DNA of 64,000 bases from an uncultured bacterium. GTDB taxonomy: Bacteria > Acidobacteriota > Thermoanaerobaculia > Multivoradales > JAHZIX01. The stretch covers positions 288,001 through 352,000 of the forward strand of contig CBDUPA010000003.1 of the NCBI GenBank assembly GCA_965368975.1. The letters are read 5' to 3'. Shown here one piece after another: positions 9,077-18,983 of this stretch. The notes below the pieces were generated by a model that did no database searches, had not been told where the DNA came from, and saw only the letters and a program-made list of their open reading frames with translations. Every line of letters begins with the position of its first letter. Within the stretch, counting starts at the first letter, position 1. A program made the translations under genes and the position numbers.

Positions 9077-10414
9077 TCACAGCAACAGCCGGCGCATGTC
9101 GGTCAGCAGGCTGCTCAGGTAGGTGATGAAGCGGGCACCAGCGGCGCCGTCGATCACTCGGTGATCGTAGGACAGAGCCAAGGGCATCATCAGGCGTGGC
9201 ACGAACTCACCCTTGTCGGTATCCCAGATCGGTTTCATGGCGTTGCGCGCGACGCCCAGGATGGCGACCTCGGGGGCGTTGACCAGCGGCGTGAAGTTGG
9301 TGCCACCGATGCCGCCGAGGCTGGAGATGGAGAAGCAGCCGCCCTGCAGGTCGCCGGGGGTGAGCTTCTTGTCTCGCGCCTTGACGCTGGCGGCGACGAC
9401 TTCTTCGGCTAGCTGGTAGAGGCCCTTCTGGTCGACGTCGCGGATCACCGGCACCACCAGGCCGTCAGGGGTATCGACCGCGACGCCGATGTGCACGTAC
9501 TTCTTGACGATCAGGTTCTCACCGTCAGGAGCCAGTGAGCTGTTGAAGTCCGGATACTCCTTGAGCGCGGCGGCACAGGCCTTGAGCAGGAAGGCGAGGG
9601 GCGTCAGCTTGTAACCCTTCTGCTTGGCCTCGGCGGCGTGGCCCTTGCGGAAGGCTTCCAGCTCGGTGACGTCGGCCTCGTCGTATTGGGTGACCAGGGG
9701 CACGTGCAGCCAGGCGCGGTGCAGGTGGGTCGCGGAGACCTTGCGGATGCGACTGAGCTTCTTGCTCTCGACTTCACCGAATTTGGAGAAGTCGATCGCG
9801 GGCATGGGCGGGATCCCCGCGCCAGCACTGGTGCCGCCGGTTTGCAGCTGGGCCAGCGTTGCCTTGACGTAGTTCTGCACGTCCTCGCGCAGGATGCGTC
9901 CCTTGCGCCCGCTGCCCTGGACGTCGCCGAGGCCGACGCCGAGTTCGCGCGCGAAGCGGCGGATCGCCGGGCTGGCGTGGGCGTCGCGGTGCGCCTCGTC
10001 GTCGATCGAGCGATCGGAGGAAGCCTGGGCAGGTGTGCTCGGGGGGGCAGCGGAGGCCCCGCTCGCGGGCTCCTGGGCGGCTGCCGTGTCGTCGCTGGTC
10101 TCATCTTTGCGTGCGGCTTCAGCTTGGGGCGCCTCGGCCTTGGCCTTGGCCTTGGCCGGGCTCGTACCGTCACCGGCCGCGGTTTCGACCAGCGCGATAA
10201 CCGAGCCCGTCTGGACTTTGTCGCCGACCTTTACCTTCACTTCGGTGATCTTGCCTGCTTCGCTGGAGGGGACCTCCATTGAGGCTTTGTCGCTTTCCAG
10301 CGCCAACAGGGAGTCGTCGACCGCGACCTCGTCGCCGACGGCGACCAGCACTTCGACCACGTCGACTTCGTCGCTGCCGATGTCTGGAACCTTGATTTCT
10401 CGAATCTCAGCCAC
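9077..10414 (-). CDS. aceF: Dihydrolipoamide acetyltransferase (E2), single lipoyl domain
   Basis: Lipoyl motif LESDKASMEVP, E3-binding HASPAIRRFARELG, catalytic YDHRVIDG. Confidence 0.96.
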   Translation of the reverse strand: MAEIREIKVPDIGSDEVDVVEVLVAVGDEVAVDDSLLALESDKASMEVPSSEAGKITEVKVKVGDKVQTGSVIALVETAAGDGTSPAKAKAKAEAPQAEAARKDETSDDTAAAQEPASGASAAPPSTPAQASSDRSIDDEAHRDAHASPAIRRFARELGVGLGDVQGSGRKGRILREDVQNYVKATLAQLQTGGTSAGAGIPPMPAIDFSKFGEVESKKLSRIRKVSATHLHRAWLHVPLVTQYDEADVTELEAFRKGHAAEAKQKGYKLTPLAFLLKACAAALKEYPDFNSSLAPDGENLIVKKYVHIGVAVDTPDGLVVPVIRDVDQKGLYQLAEEVVAASVKARDKKLTPGDLQGGCFSISSLGGIGGTNFTPLVNAPEVAILGVARNAMKPIWDTDKGEFVPRLMMPLALSYDHRVIDGAAGARFITYLSSLLTDMRRLLL

Positions 10415-10433
10415 TCGTCTGCCTCCACTCTGC

Positions 10434-13205
10434 TCAGGTCAACATGGGATTGGGACGATCCGGGTCGATGTCCAGGTCTTTCATTGCTTGGGTGACGTCG
10501 GCGGCGTTCAGCTGGCCGTCGTCGGCCAGGGCCTTGAGCGCGGCCTGCACGACGAAGCGACGGTCGACCTCGAAGAAGTCGCGCAGCGCCTCGCGCGTAT
10601 CACTACGGCCGAAGCCGTCGGTGCCCAGGGTGACGTAGCGCGTCGGTACCCAGGGGCGGATCTGTTCGGCGAACAGGCGTTGGTAGTCGGTGGAGGCGAT
10701 CACCGGACCCGGTGTCTCGGCCAACTGGGCGCCGAGCTGCTGCTCCACCCAGGTCTGGCGCGGCTCCTGCTCTGGATGCAGGCGGTTCCAGCGGTCGACG
10801 TCCTCGCCGTCGCGCCGCAGCTGGTTGAAGCTGGTGGCGCTCCACACGTCGGCTAGAACGCCATAGCGTTCCTCCAGGATCTCGGCGGCCGCCTGCACCT
10901 CGCGCAGGATCGTACCGCTGCCGAGGAGCTGGACGCGCGGGGCCTTCCGGGTCTTGATGCTCGGGCTCTTGCCCTTCTTGCTACCCTTGGCCGGCGCCGG
11001 CGTGGCGGTGCGCAGACGGTAGAGGCCGCGCAGGATGCCTTCCTCGGCACCCTCGGGCATCGCTGGCTGCGGGTAGTTCTCGTTCATCACCGTCAGGTAG
11101 TAGAAGCCGTCTTCCTGCTCGACCAGCATGCGGCGCAGGCCGTCCAGCAGGATGACCGCGACCTCGTAGGCGAAGGTGGGGTCATAGGCGCGGCAGGCGG
11201 GGTAGGTGGCGGCCAGCAGATGGCTATGTCCGTCCTCGTGCTGCAGCCCCTCGCCGTTCAGCGTCGTGCGGCCGGCCGTGGCGCCGAGCAAGAAGCCGCG
11301 GGCACGCTGGTCGCCGGCCAGCCAGGCCAGGTCGCCTATGCGCTGGAAGCCGAACATCGAGTAGTAGATGTAGAAGGGAATCATCGGCACGCCGTGGTTG
11401 GCGTAGGAGGTCGCGGCGGTGAGCCAGGAAGTGAATGCGCCGGCCTCGTTGATGCCTTCCTGCAGTAGCTGGCCGTCCTGGCTCTCTTTGTAGAACATCA
11501 GCTGGTCGGCGTCGACCGGCGTGTACTTCTGACCTTCCGGCGCATAGATGCCGATCTGACGGAACAGCCCTTCCATGCCGAAGGTGCGCGCTTCATCAGC
11601 GACGATCGGCACCAGGTGTTCCTTGAGCCGTTTGTCGCGCGCCAGGATGGTCAGCACACGCACGAAAGCCATGGTGGTCGACATCTCGCGGTCTTCGCCG
11701 GTGCCGTCGAGCAGGACCTGGAAGGTGTCTAGCTCGGGAACGGGCAGCTGCGGTGCCTGGTGGACGCGCGTCGGCAGGTAGCCGCCCAGCTCTTTGCGCC
11801 GGGCGTGGAGGTACTGCATCTCCGGGCTGTCGGCGTCCGGCACGAAGAACTCGAGATCGCGCACGTGCTCGCGCGTCAGCTGTAGCTGGAAGCGTTCGCG
11901 GAAGGCCTCGAGTTCCTCTTCCTTCATTTTCTTTTGCTGGTGGCTGATGTTGAGGCCTTCAGCGGCGGTCCCGAGGCCGAAACCCTTGACCGTGTGGGCC
12001 AGGATCACTGTGGGTTGGCCGCTGCCTCGTTCGCCGTGCCCGGCGCCGTGCTCAATGGCGGCCCGGTAGGCGGCGTAGATCTTACGTCGGTCGTGGCCGC
12101 CGGGAATCAGCTGCTGCTTGAGTTCCTCGTTGCTCAGGTGGGCGACAAGCTGGCGCAACTCGGGGGTGTTGAACAGGTGCTCGCGCATGTAGGCCCCATC
12201 CTTGGCCGAGACGTTCTGGTACTCGCCGTCGACGATGGCGTTGAGCCGCTCGAGCAACTGACCGCTGCTGTCGCGCGCCAGCAGGTCGTCCCAGGCGGAA
12301 CTCCATACGACCTTGAGCACGTTCCAGCCAGCGCCGCGGAAGATGCCTTCCATCTCCTGCAAGATCTTGCCGTTGCCGCGCACCGGGCCGTCGAGTCGCT
12401 GCAGGTTGCAGTTGAGCACGAAGACCAGGTTGTCGAGCTTCTCGTTGGCCGCCACGTTGAGGCAGCCGAGGGTTTCCGGCTCACTGCTTTCGCCATCGCC
12501 GATGAAGCACCAGACGCGACGCTGGGTGTTGTGCTCGGAGGCGAGCAGGCCGCGGTTCTGGAGGTACTTGAGGAAGCGGGCCTGGTAAATGGCGGCGAGG
12601 GGGCCGAGGCCCATCGAGACGGTGGCGAATTGCCAGAAGTCGGGCATCAGCCAGGGGTGCGGGTAGGACGACAGGCCGCTCGGCGTGTCGGCACCGGCAC
12701 CGGCTACCTCGCGCCGGAAGGCGAGCATCTGGTCGCGCGTCACGCGGCCTTCGAGGAAGGCGCGCGAGTAGACGCCGGGCGAGGAGTGCCCTTGCAGGTA
12801 GACGAGGTCGCCGCGATGCTCGTCGGTAGGAGCCTTCCAGAAGTGGTTGAAGCCCATCTCGAACAAGTGCGCGACGGAGGCATAGCTGGCGATGTGACCG
12901 CCGACGCCGCTGTAGTCACGGTTGGCGCGCACGACAGCGACGATGGCGTTCCAGCGCAGGATGGCCAGCAGCCGCTCTTCTAGCTCACCGTCACCGGGTG
13001 GCTGCGGCTCGCGGTCGGCAGCGATGGTGTTGATGTAGGGCGTGCCGATGCCTGTGGATGGCGCCGCGCCGATGCGTTCGGCTTGCCGGCGCAGGGCTTC
13101 GAGCAGAAAACGTGCCCGCTCCGGGCCGTCGTGCTCGAGCACCGAGGCCAAGGAGTCGAGCCATTCTTGGGTCTCGACGGGATCGATATCGTGAATCTGG
13201 CTCAT
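10434..13205 (-). CDS. aceE: Pyruvate dehydrogenase E1, homodimeric type
   Basis: DIDPVETQEWLDSL N-terminus, GGHIASYAS, GDGE TPP motif, NCNLQRLDGPVRGN, TTLNGEGLQH, GTDGFGRSD. Confidence 0.97.
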   Translation of the reverse strand: MSQIHDIDPVETQEWLDSLASVLEHDGPERARFLLEALRRQAERIGAAPSTGIGTPYINTIAADREPQPPGDGELEERLLAILRWNAIVAVVRANRDYSGVGGHIASYASVAHLFEMGFNHFWKAPTDEHRGDLVYLQGHSSPGVYSRAFLEGRVTRDQMLAFRREVAGAGADTPSGLSSYPHPWLMPDFWQFATVSMGLGPLAAIYQARFLKYLQNRGLLASEHNTQRRVWCFIGDGESSEPETLGCLNVAANEKLDNLVFVLNCNLQRLDGPVRGNGKILQEMEGIFRGAGWNVLKVVWSSAWDDLLARDSSGQLLERLNAIVDGEYQNVSAKDGAYMREHLFNTPELRQLVAHLSNEELKQQLIPGGHDRRKIYAAYRAAIEHGAGHGERGSGQPTVILAHTVKGFGLGTAAEGLNISHQQKKMKEEELEAFRERFQLQLTREHVRDLEFFVPDADSPEMQYLHARRKELGGYLPTRVHQAPQLPVPELDTFQVLLDGTGEDREMSTTMAFVRVLTILARDKRLKEHLVPIVADEARTFGMEGLFRQIGIYAPEGQKYTPVDADQLMFYKESQDGQLLQEGINEAGAFTSWLTAATSYANHGVPMIPFYIYYSMFGFQRIGDLAWLAGDQRARGFLLGATAGRTTLNGEGLQHEDGHSHLLAATYPACRAYDPTFAYEVAVILLDGLRRMLVEQEDGFYYLTVMNENYPQPAMPEGAEEGILRGLYRLRTATPAPAKGSKKGKSPSIKTRKAPRVQLLGSGTILREVQAAAEILEERYGVLADVWSATSFNQLRRDGEDVDRWNRLHPEQEPRQTWVEQQLGAQLAETPGPVIASTDYQRLFAEQIRPWVPTRYVTLGTDGFGRSDTREALRDFFEVDRRFVVQAALKALADDGQLNAADVTQAMKDLDIDPDRPNPMLT

Positions 13206-13558
13206 GAATTCCGGCTCAGGATCAAGGCTTCCGCGGAATCGGAGTGCGGAAGCGAAATGGGCTGTTCAACTGGCTGGGGCGCGTGAACTCGAAGCGAGGC
13301 ATGAACTGGCTGGGATCGGTGCTGCAGTGTGGAGCGCCAAGGTACTGTCGAGCGCCAAGGGCTGGCTTGAACAGTTGATGTCATGCGCCGTGAAGGTGGC
13401 AGATGTCGACCCTGCGTGTCAAGAAGATGTCACGGTCCGCTGAAGACATGGGGCGGAAAAAACGCAGCACGATCAGCGCTTTGCACTGCTGGCGATGCTA
13501 AACTACTTTGGTGGGCCGCTCGACGCCTGCTCGCCATCAAACACCCCAGTTGACCACT

Positions 13559-14401
13559 ATGCAGTCCCCGAAACTCAGCATCGTCATTCCTCTATTCAAC
13601 GAGGCAGACAATCTGCCCGTGCTCGACGAGCAGGTTCGAACCGCTCTGCAGGCACAGGAAATGACGTACGAGGTTCTCTACGTCGACGACGGCAGCTCGG
13701 ATGCCAGTCTGGACGTGTTGCGCGAGCTGGCACAGCACGATGGCCGCCTACGCCTGCTGCGGAACTTCTGCAACAGCGGCCAGTCGGCGGCCCTGGCGGC
13801 AGGTTTCGAGGCCGCACGTGGAGAGATTCTCGTCACCCTTGATGCGGACCTACAGAACGACCCGGCGGACATTCCGACGTTGCTCAGCGAATTGCAGCGT
13901 ACCGAGGCTGATTTGGTCGCCGGAGTGCGCCAACGACGCCAGGACAACTGGGTTCGGCGCCTGTCGTCGCGGCTGGCCAATGGCGTACGCCGGCGTGTCT
14001 TGCAGGATGACGCCACCGACACGGGTTGCTCGCTGAAGGCGTTTCGCGCTGAGCTTGTGCGTCAGTTGCCGCGTTTCAACGGTATGCATCGTTTCCTGCC
14101 CGCCCTGATCAAGATGGCCGGAGGCCGTGTGGTGCAGGTCCCCGTCCATCATCGGCCGCGCCTGCACGGCGAGCCAAAGTACAACATCAGTAACCGACTG
14201 TGGCGCGGTCTGGCGGACCTCTTCGGGGTCTTCTGGTTACAGCGGCGTTGGATCGATCCGCGCCAGGTCGGGGAGGTCAGAGTTTGGCCAGCAACGCAAT
14301 CGACCCCCTCTGGCTCGTCATCGGCTTCGGCGGCCAAGCCCTCTTCGGAGCCCGCTTTCTCATCCAGTGGATCGTCTCCGAGCGACGCAAGGAAAGTGTA
14401 G
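13559..14401 (+). CDS. Glycosyltransferase family 2 (ArnC/DPM1-like polyprenyl-phosphate glycosyltransferase)
   Basis: LSIVIPLFNE, VDDGSSD, TLDADLQNDP, DTGCSLK, HRFLP. Confidence 0.9.
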   Translation: MQSPKLSIVIPLFNEADNLPVLDEQVRTALQAQEMTYEVLYVDDGSSDASLDVLRELAQHDGRLRLLRNFCNSGQSAALAAGFEAARGEILVTLDADLQNDPADIPTLLSELQRTEADLVAGVRQRRQDNWVRRLSSRLANGVRRRVLQDDATDTGCSLKAFRAELVRQLPRFNGMHRFLPALIKMAGGRVVQVPVHHRPRLHGEPKYNISNRLWRGLADLFGVFWLQRRWIDPRQVGEVRVWPATQSTPSGSSSASAAKPSSEPAFSSSGSSPSDARKV

Positions 14402-14616
14402 TTCCACGGGTTTTCTGGTTCTTCAGTCTCTTCGGTGGCATGACGCTGCTGGCGTACGCCATCCACAAGCGTGATCCGGTGTTCATCACGGGGCAGTCCC
14501 TGGGACTGGTGATCTACTGCCGCAACCTGTGGTTCATCTATGGCCCCAAGAAGGCCGCGGACGAAGCGCAGTCGCCGGCCGCGGAAGCGTCGCTTCCTGG
14601 GGAGCCATCGGCGTGA
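14284..14616 (+). CDS. Lipid A biosynthesis N-terminal (LAB_N)-domain small membrane protein
   Basis: TTG at 14284 after GGGAGG. Sequence WLVIGFGGQALFGARFLIQWIVSERRKESVVPRVFWFFSLFGG...DPVFITGQ...IYCRNL is typical of this family. Confidence 0.85.
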   Translation: MASNAIDPLWLVIGFGGQALFGARFLIQWIVSERRKESVVPRVFWFFSLFGGMTLLAYAIHKRDPVFITGQSLGLVIYCRNLWFIYGPKKAADEAQSPAAEASLPGEPSA

Positions 14617-16394
14617 GTTCGGCGTTGTCGTTGCCAGGGGCGTGGTTCCAGCGGTATCCAGCCCTGTGGGCCGGGCTGCTGGGGGTGATCCTGTTCCTGC
14701 CTGGGCTGGGCAATCACGATCTGTGGAACCCGGATGAACCGCGCTACGCGCAGGTAGGCGCCGAGATGCTGGCGTCCGGCGAGTTCCTGGTCCCGCACCT
14801 CAACGGTGAGCTGTACAACCAGAAGCCACCGTTGCACTTCTGGTCCATCGCGGTTTTCGGTGCACTTCGAGGTGGAGTCGACGAAGTGGCGGCACGCTTG
14901 CCATCGGCGCTGGCTGGTATCGGCACCCTGGTGCTAGTGTTCCTGCTGGGTCGCCGTCTGTTCGACGACCGCACGGCCTGGTTGGCGGTCCTCGTCTTCG
15001 GCAGCTCGGCACGGCTGCTGTGGCAGGGCCGGACAGGCCAGATCGACATGCAGCTGGTGTTCTGGGTGACGCTGGCGATGTACTTCTTCGTACGCGGTCA
15101 TCTGGCCCAGGACCCTCGCTGGTACCCATGGTTCTTCGTCGCCTGTGGTTTCGGCGGCCTGGCGAAGGGACCGGTTGGTCTGCTGCCGCCGCTCCTATCG
15201 ATCATCGCCTACCTCTTGGCGACCGGCCAGCGGCATGAGCTGAAGAGGCTGCGCATTGGCCGTGGCCTGTGGATCTGGGTCGGCATCATGTGCCTGTGGC
15301 TGTTGCCGGCAGCGCTGACGGCCGGCTTCGATTACCTGCGGTACCTGGTGGTCGATCAGAACCTCGGCCGCTACGCACGGCCGAGCGGCCATCATCGTCC
15401 CTTCTACTACTTCCTGACCGTCATCCCGGGTGACTTCTTCCCGTGGTCCTTCTTTTTGCCCACGGCGTTGATTCTCGGCTGGCGCCGCGTGCGCTCGACG
15501 GCAGAGCGTGCCGTGCAGGGCGAGTTCTGGCTCGGTGGTTCGGCGCGACGTGGCTATCTGCTGTGTCTGTGCTGGATGGTCGTGACGGTCGTCTTCTTCA
15601 GTCTCTCCCCCGGCAAGCGCACCGTCTACGTGTTGACCATGTATCCGGGGATGTCTCTGCTGGTGGCCGCAGTGCTGCAGCGCCTGACGATCCAGTGGAC
15701 GGAGCTGTCGAGGAGCGGGAAGGACGCTACAGGAAGGGGAGAAGCCTTTCCCCGGGCGTGGATGCTGGTGCCGCTCGGCCTGCTCGCGCTGTTGGCTGGC
15801 ACAGCTGCTGCGTTGCTGCCGCTGCGCGTCGGGGAGCGACCGGAGCTGGCGCTGATGACGTCCTGGACGTTGCCGTTGGTCACTGCTGCCCTTGCGTTGC
15901 TGGCACTCTCCGCCCTCGTCGCGCTGGTGTTCGTCTGGCGAGGGCGCGCAGTCTGGGCGCCGAAGGTGCTGGCGGTGACGATGATGGCCATGGTCATGAC
16001 CCTCTTCCTTGCCGTGCTGCCCCAGGTCGATGCCTTCAAGTCACCACGGAGGCTGACCGAGCGACTGATGGCCGATCGGTTGCCGGACGAACCCTTCGCG
16101 GTCTTTCCGCGCAAAGACGAGTCGGTGATCTTCTATGCTGGCAAGCCAGTGTTGGATGTTCATTTCGACGAATTGGACGCCTTTCTGTCCTCGGCCCCGC
16201 GTGTCTGGCTGCTTGCCGAACGTGACGCGCTGGAGCGCGTCGAGCCGGCTCGCGAGTTGATCGAGATCGATCGCGACGCGGATGTGGAGGATGGCTACCT
16301 TCTGCTCACCAATCCACCATGGCCTCGACGCCCCGCGCTAGCGCAGGAAGTGCACGGCGAGCCGGATGGACCAGACGAGGAGGCTGTGCGATGA
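14613..16394 (+). CDS. ArnT-like GT-C (family 39/83) membrane glycosyltransferase
   Basis: LWNPDEPRYA, KPPLHFW, ARLPSAL, LAKGP, HHRPFYYF, multiple TM helices. GTG start overlaps the upstream stop. Confidence 0.9.
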   Translation: MSSALSLPGAWFQRYPALWAGLLGVILFLPGLGNHDLWNPDEPRYAQVGAEMLASGEFLVPHLNGELYNQKPPLHFWSIAVFGALRGGVDEVAARLPSALAGIGTLVLVFLLGRRLFDDRTAWLAVLVFGSSARLLWQGRTGQIDMQLVFWVTLAMYFFVRGHLAQDPRWYPWFFVACGFGGLAKGPVGLLPPLLSIIAYLLATGQRHELKRLRIGRGLWIWVGIMCLWLLPAALTAGFDYLRYLVVDQNLGRYARPSGHHRPFYYFLTVIPGDFFPWSFFLPTALILGWRRVRSTAERAVQGEFWLGGSARRGYLLCLCWMVVTVVFFSLSPGKRTVYVLTMYPGMSLLVAAVLQRLTIQWTELSRSGKDATGRGEAFPRAWMLVPLGLLALLAGTAAALLPLRVGERPELALMTSWTLPLVTAALALLALSALVALVFVWRGRAVWAPKVLAVTMMAMVMTLFLAVLPQVDAFKSPRRLTERLMADRLPDEPFAVFPRKDESVIFYAGKPVLDVHFDELDAFLSSAPRVWLLAERDALERVEPARELIEIDRDADVEDGYLLLTNPPWPRRPALAQEVHGEPDGPDEEAVR

Positions 16395-17113
16395 GCGAAT
16401 TGATCCTGGTGCGGCACGGCCAAGCGTCGTTCTTCGAAGACCACTACGACCGGCTGTCCGAACGCGGAGAAGAGCAGGCCTGGTGTCTCGGGCGCTACTG
16501 GGTCGAACGCGGCCTGCGGCCGGATGCGGTCTACGTCGGACCGCGCTCCAGGCATGTGGGCACCGCCGAGGCGGCGGGGCAGGAGTTGCAGGCGGCTGGA
16601 CTGCCGTGGCCGCAGCCGATCAACCTACCGGAGCTCGATGAGCACGGGGCCGTCGATGCACTGGTCGCTGCCAAGGAGCAGCTGGCGGAGCGCTTTCCCG
16701 ATCTGGCGGCGCTCGGTCTCGCCTTCAAGACGCAACAAGACCCCGCAGCTCGCACCCAGGCGTACGGCCGTCTGTTCGATGCGGCGATGCGGCTGTGGGT
16801 CGACGGTAGCCTGGACGACTTGCCGGGCATGGAGCCGTGGAGCGCCTTCCAGCAGCGAGTGTGCGCGGCCCTCGACCAGCTCACGTCGCACCCTGCAGGT
16901 GGCCGCACGTTGGTCGCTTTCACCTCGGGCGGTCCGTGTGCGGTCGCCGTGCAACATGCGCTCGGCTGCAACGACCAGACGGCAGTGACGCTGGCGTCAC
17001 GCGTACGCAACACGGCCCTGGTTCGCTTCGCCTTCAGTGGGGACCGTTTCAGTCTCGATGCCTTCAACGCCACGCCTCACTTGCGCGACCCGGAACTCGA
17101 GACGTTCCTCTAG
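16391..17113 (+). CDS. Histidine phosphatase (phosphoglycerate mutase) family protein
   Basis: LVRHGQAS motif, LSERGEEQA, FTSGG. ATGA overlap with the upstream gene. Confidence 0.88.
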   Translation: MSELILVRHGQASFFEDHYDRLSERGEEQAWCLGRYWVERGLRPDAVYVGPRSRHVGTAEAAGQELQAAGLPWPQPINLPELDEHGAVDALVAAKEQLAERFPDLAALGLAFKTQQDPAARTQAYGRLFDAAMRLWVDGSLDDLPGMEPWSAFQQRVCAALDQLTSHPAGGRTLVAFTSGGPCAVAVQHALGCNDQTAVTLASRVRNTALVRFAFSGDRFSLDAFNATPHLRDPELETFL

Positions 17114-17153
17114 AACCTGGGCGGCTAGCCGTCCCTCTGCCGACGGCGGTCGA

Positions 17154-17624
17154 TCAGTGCTGCTTGTGCTCGATGTCCAGGCGCTGGATCAGCACGCGTT
17201 CGTAGGTCGTGGCGATATCCAGGCGCAGGAGCAGGAGAGGGCGGAAGGTGCCGTTGCTGGGATCTTCGAGAATCAGCTGCTGCGCCAGTTCCTGTCGCCG
17301 ACGCAAGAAGCGCAGCTGTTCGGCGGCAGGTACTGACGGAAGATGGTCCCTGACGAAGTGAGAGTGTTCCTGCCGGATCCGAAGAGGGGCGCTATTCGGC
17401 GTGCTGCTGCGCGACAGCTCGAAGAAGCTGACCAAGGCGTCCAGCTCATGCTGCAAGAGCAACTGCACCACCTCCGTTGGCAGAGCTCGAAAGTGGGGTA
17501 GATCCTCGAGTTGGATCGCTTGTTCGAAGCTCGACAGCAATTGGCTCTGACGGTGCGTAAACCATTCGTGCGCTTGATGCCAAGCGTGATCGGGATCTTC
17601 GTTTTCGGAACTTACTGTCTGCAA
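17154..17624 (-). CDS. Hypothetical helical protein
   Basis: 156 aa ORF filling the gap between genes with plausible composition. No recognised motif. Confidence 0.55.
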   Translation of the reverse strand: MQTVSSENEDPDHAWHQAHEWFTHRQSQLLSSFEQAIQLEDLPHFRALPTEVVQLLLQHELDALVSFFELSRSSTPNSAPLRIRQEHSHFVRDHLPSVPAAEQLRFLRRRQELAQQLILEDPSNGTFRPLLLLRLDIATTYERVLIQRLDIEHKQH

Positions 17625-17796
17625 GATAGTTCCCTGCCAAGAGCGGTGGAGATCGTGGCGTGTCTACAGGGTCCACATAGGAATCATAGCAAAGAAAGGG
17701 GCGTGACCAGACGCGATGAGGACAGCCCCGAGGGCATGTGGATGCTATGCTAGTTTGGCAGTGGTTACGGAAGCTCGACGAAAGGAGAGAGCCACC

Positions 17797-18855
17797 ATGG
17801 CAAAGAAGACACGCAAGTTCGACCGTCGCGAGGCTCAGCCGCACAGAGCCGGGGCAGCCCAAGATGCCGAGCCTGCCCTATATGGAGTCCATCGAATGAT
17901 TCAGCCCAGTAGCGAAGCCACCGTTCGGTTCGCGGCCAGAAGCGCATCGCCCCACGGCTTGATCGTGGCCCTCGGCCTGGCACTGCTTCTGGCGTCCTCG
18001 CTGGTCGCCGCGGCGCAACGTGAAACTCGTGGTGAGCGCGAGCCAGCGCAGCAAACTCAGGAGCTCAAATTCGACGGCCAGCGCATGAGTGAGATCCGCA
18101 TCGCGGTGCAGGACGTGAATACCCGCGAGGATGTCGTCATTCTCCGCGATGGAGATGTCTTGGAGCTGAACGTCGGTGAGAAGGTGCGGCTGCGCCTGAT
18201 CGCTATTCCAGCGAGCCAGAATCATTCCCAGCGCTATCCCGCTGGCCGCTTTACGGGGCCGGAACGGAGCAACGCCGAGGTTGTCTTGAGTGATCCCAAG
18301 CCACACCTTGGCTCAGTGGTCCTCGAGGCGCGCCGCTTGGGTGATGGAGACTCGTTCTTCCGCTACCAGGTGACCGACAACGTCAACATGGACCGTCGCT
18401 TGTTCAAGGGCACCTTCGGGGTGCGCATCCGTCGCGGGGGTGCCGACCCTGGTGGTGGCGGCTACGACAGTGGCGAGCAGGGCTACGCCAGCAAGGTCGT
18501 CGATGCCCTGTACCGCGGCATCCTGATGCGGTCCCCGGATGCAGGGGCTCGGCCGCGTGTCGAGGACATCGCGAACAACGGTCATGCAGCCGCGGTCAAC
18601 CATGCGCGGGATATCGCCAAGAGCCGTGAGAGCACGATCGACATCTACGGTCGTGGTGTGACGCATGAAGAGCGCCTGCTATCGCTCTACGAGCACCTGA
18701 TGGGCTTGTCCGAGCGTGAGATCTCGGAAGTGGCTTGGCGCAACGACCTGCAGCGCCTGCGCAACGGGCAGCTGGAGATCGTGGTGATCAACATGTGCCA
18801 GTCGCGCGAGTTCGCGGATCGGTTCGGCCGTGGTCCGCGGCCACAGTATCGATAA
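17797..18855 (+). CDS. Hypothetical exported protein (beta-rich N-domain, DUF4214-like helical C-domain)
   Basis: AAAGGAG RBS before ATG 17797. Hydrophobic LIVALGLALLLASSLVAAA. C-terminal VDALYRGILMRSPD...LYEHLMG...SREF pattern resembles DUF4214 repeats. Confidence 0.7.
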   Translation: MAKKTRKFDRREAQPHRAGAAQDAEPALYGVHRMIQPSSEATVRFAARSASPHGLIVALGLALLLASSLVAAAQRETRGEREPAQQTQELKFDGQRMSEIRIAVQDVNTREDVVILRDGDVLELNVGEKVRLRLIAIPASQNHSQRYPAGRFTGPERSNAEVVLSDPKPHLGSVVLEARRLGDGDSFFRYQVTDNVNMDRRLFKGTFGVRIRRGGADPGGGGYDSGEQGYASKVVDALYRGILMRSPDAGARPRVEDIANNGHAAAVNHARDIAKSRESTIDIYGRGVTHEERLLSLYEHLMGLSEREISEVAWRNDLQRLRNGQLEIVVINMCQSREFADRFGRGPRPQYR

Positions 18856-18879
18856 CGGTCAAATCCGGAGTCTCTCTGG

Positions 18880-18983
18880 GTAGGGGCGGCCCCATGTGGC
18901 CGCCCTGCGGCGTCAGCCGCATCCGAATCCGGAGGAAGACCGCCGTTCCCCCGCCCAGGGCACCCACACGGGGGTGCCCCTAC
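18880..18983. repeat. Inverted REP pair (REPIN-like element, GTAG family)
   Basis: GTAGGGGCGGCCCCATGTGGCCGCCC at 18880-18905 and inverted GGGCACCCACACGGGGGTGCCCCTAC at 18958-18983. Each is a GTAG tetranucleotide plus an imperfect hairpin, located between convergent genes. Confidence 0.8.

Noticed and set aside
13206-13558. Direct repeat GAGCGCCAAGG (13332, 13350) and palindrome TTCCGCGGAA (13229) in the aceE/GT2 divergent region
   Set aside because: Short motifs with no match to an operator or riboswitch I recognise; could be chance in GC-rich DNA.
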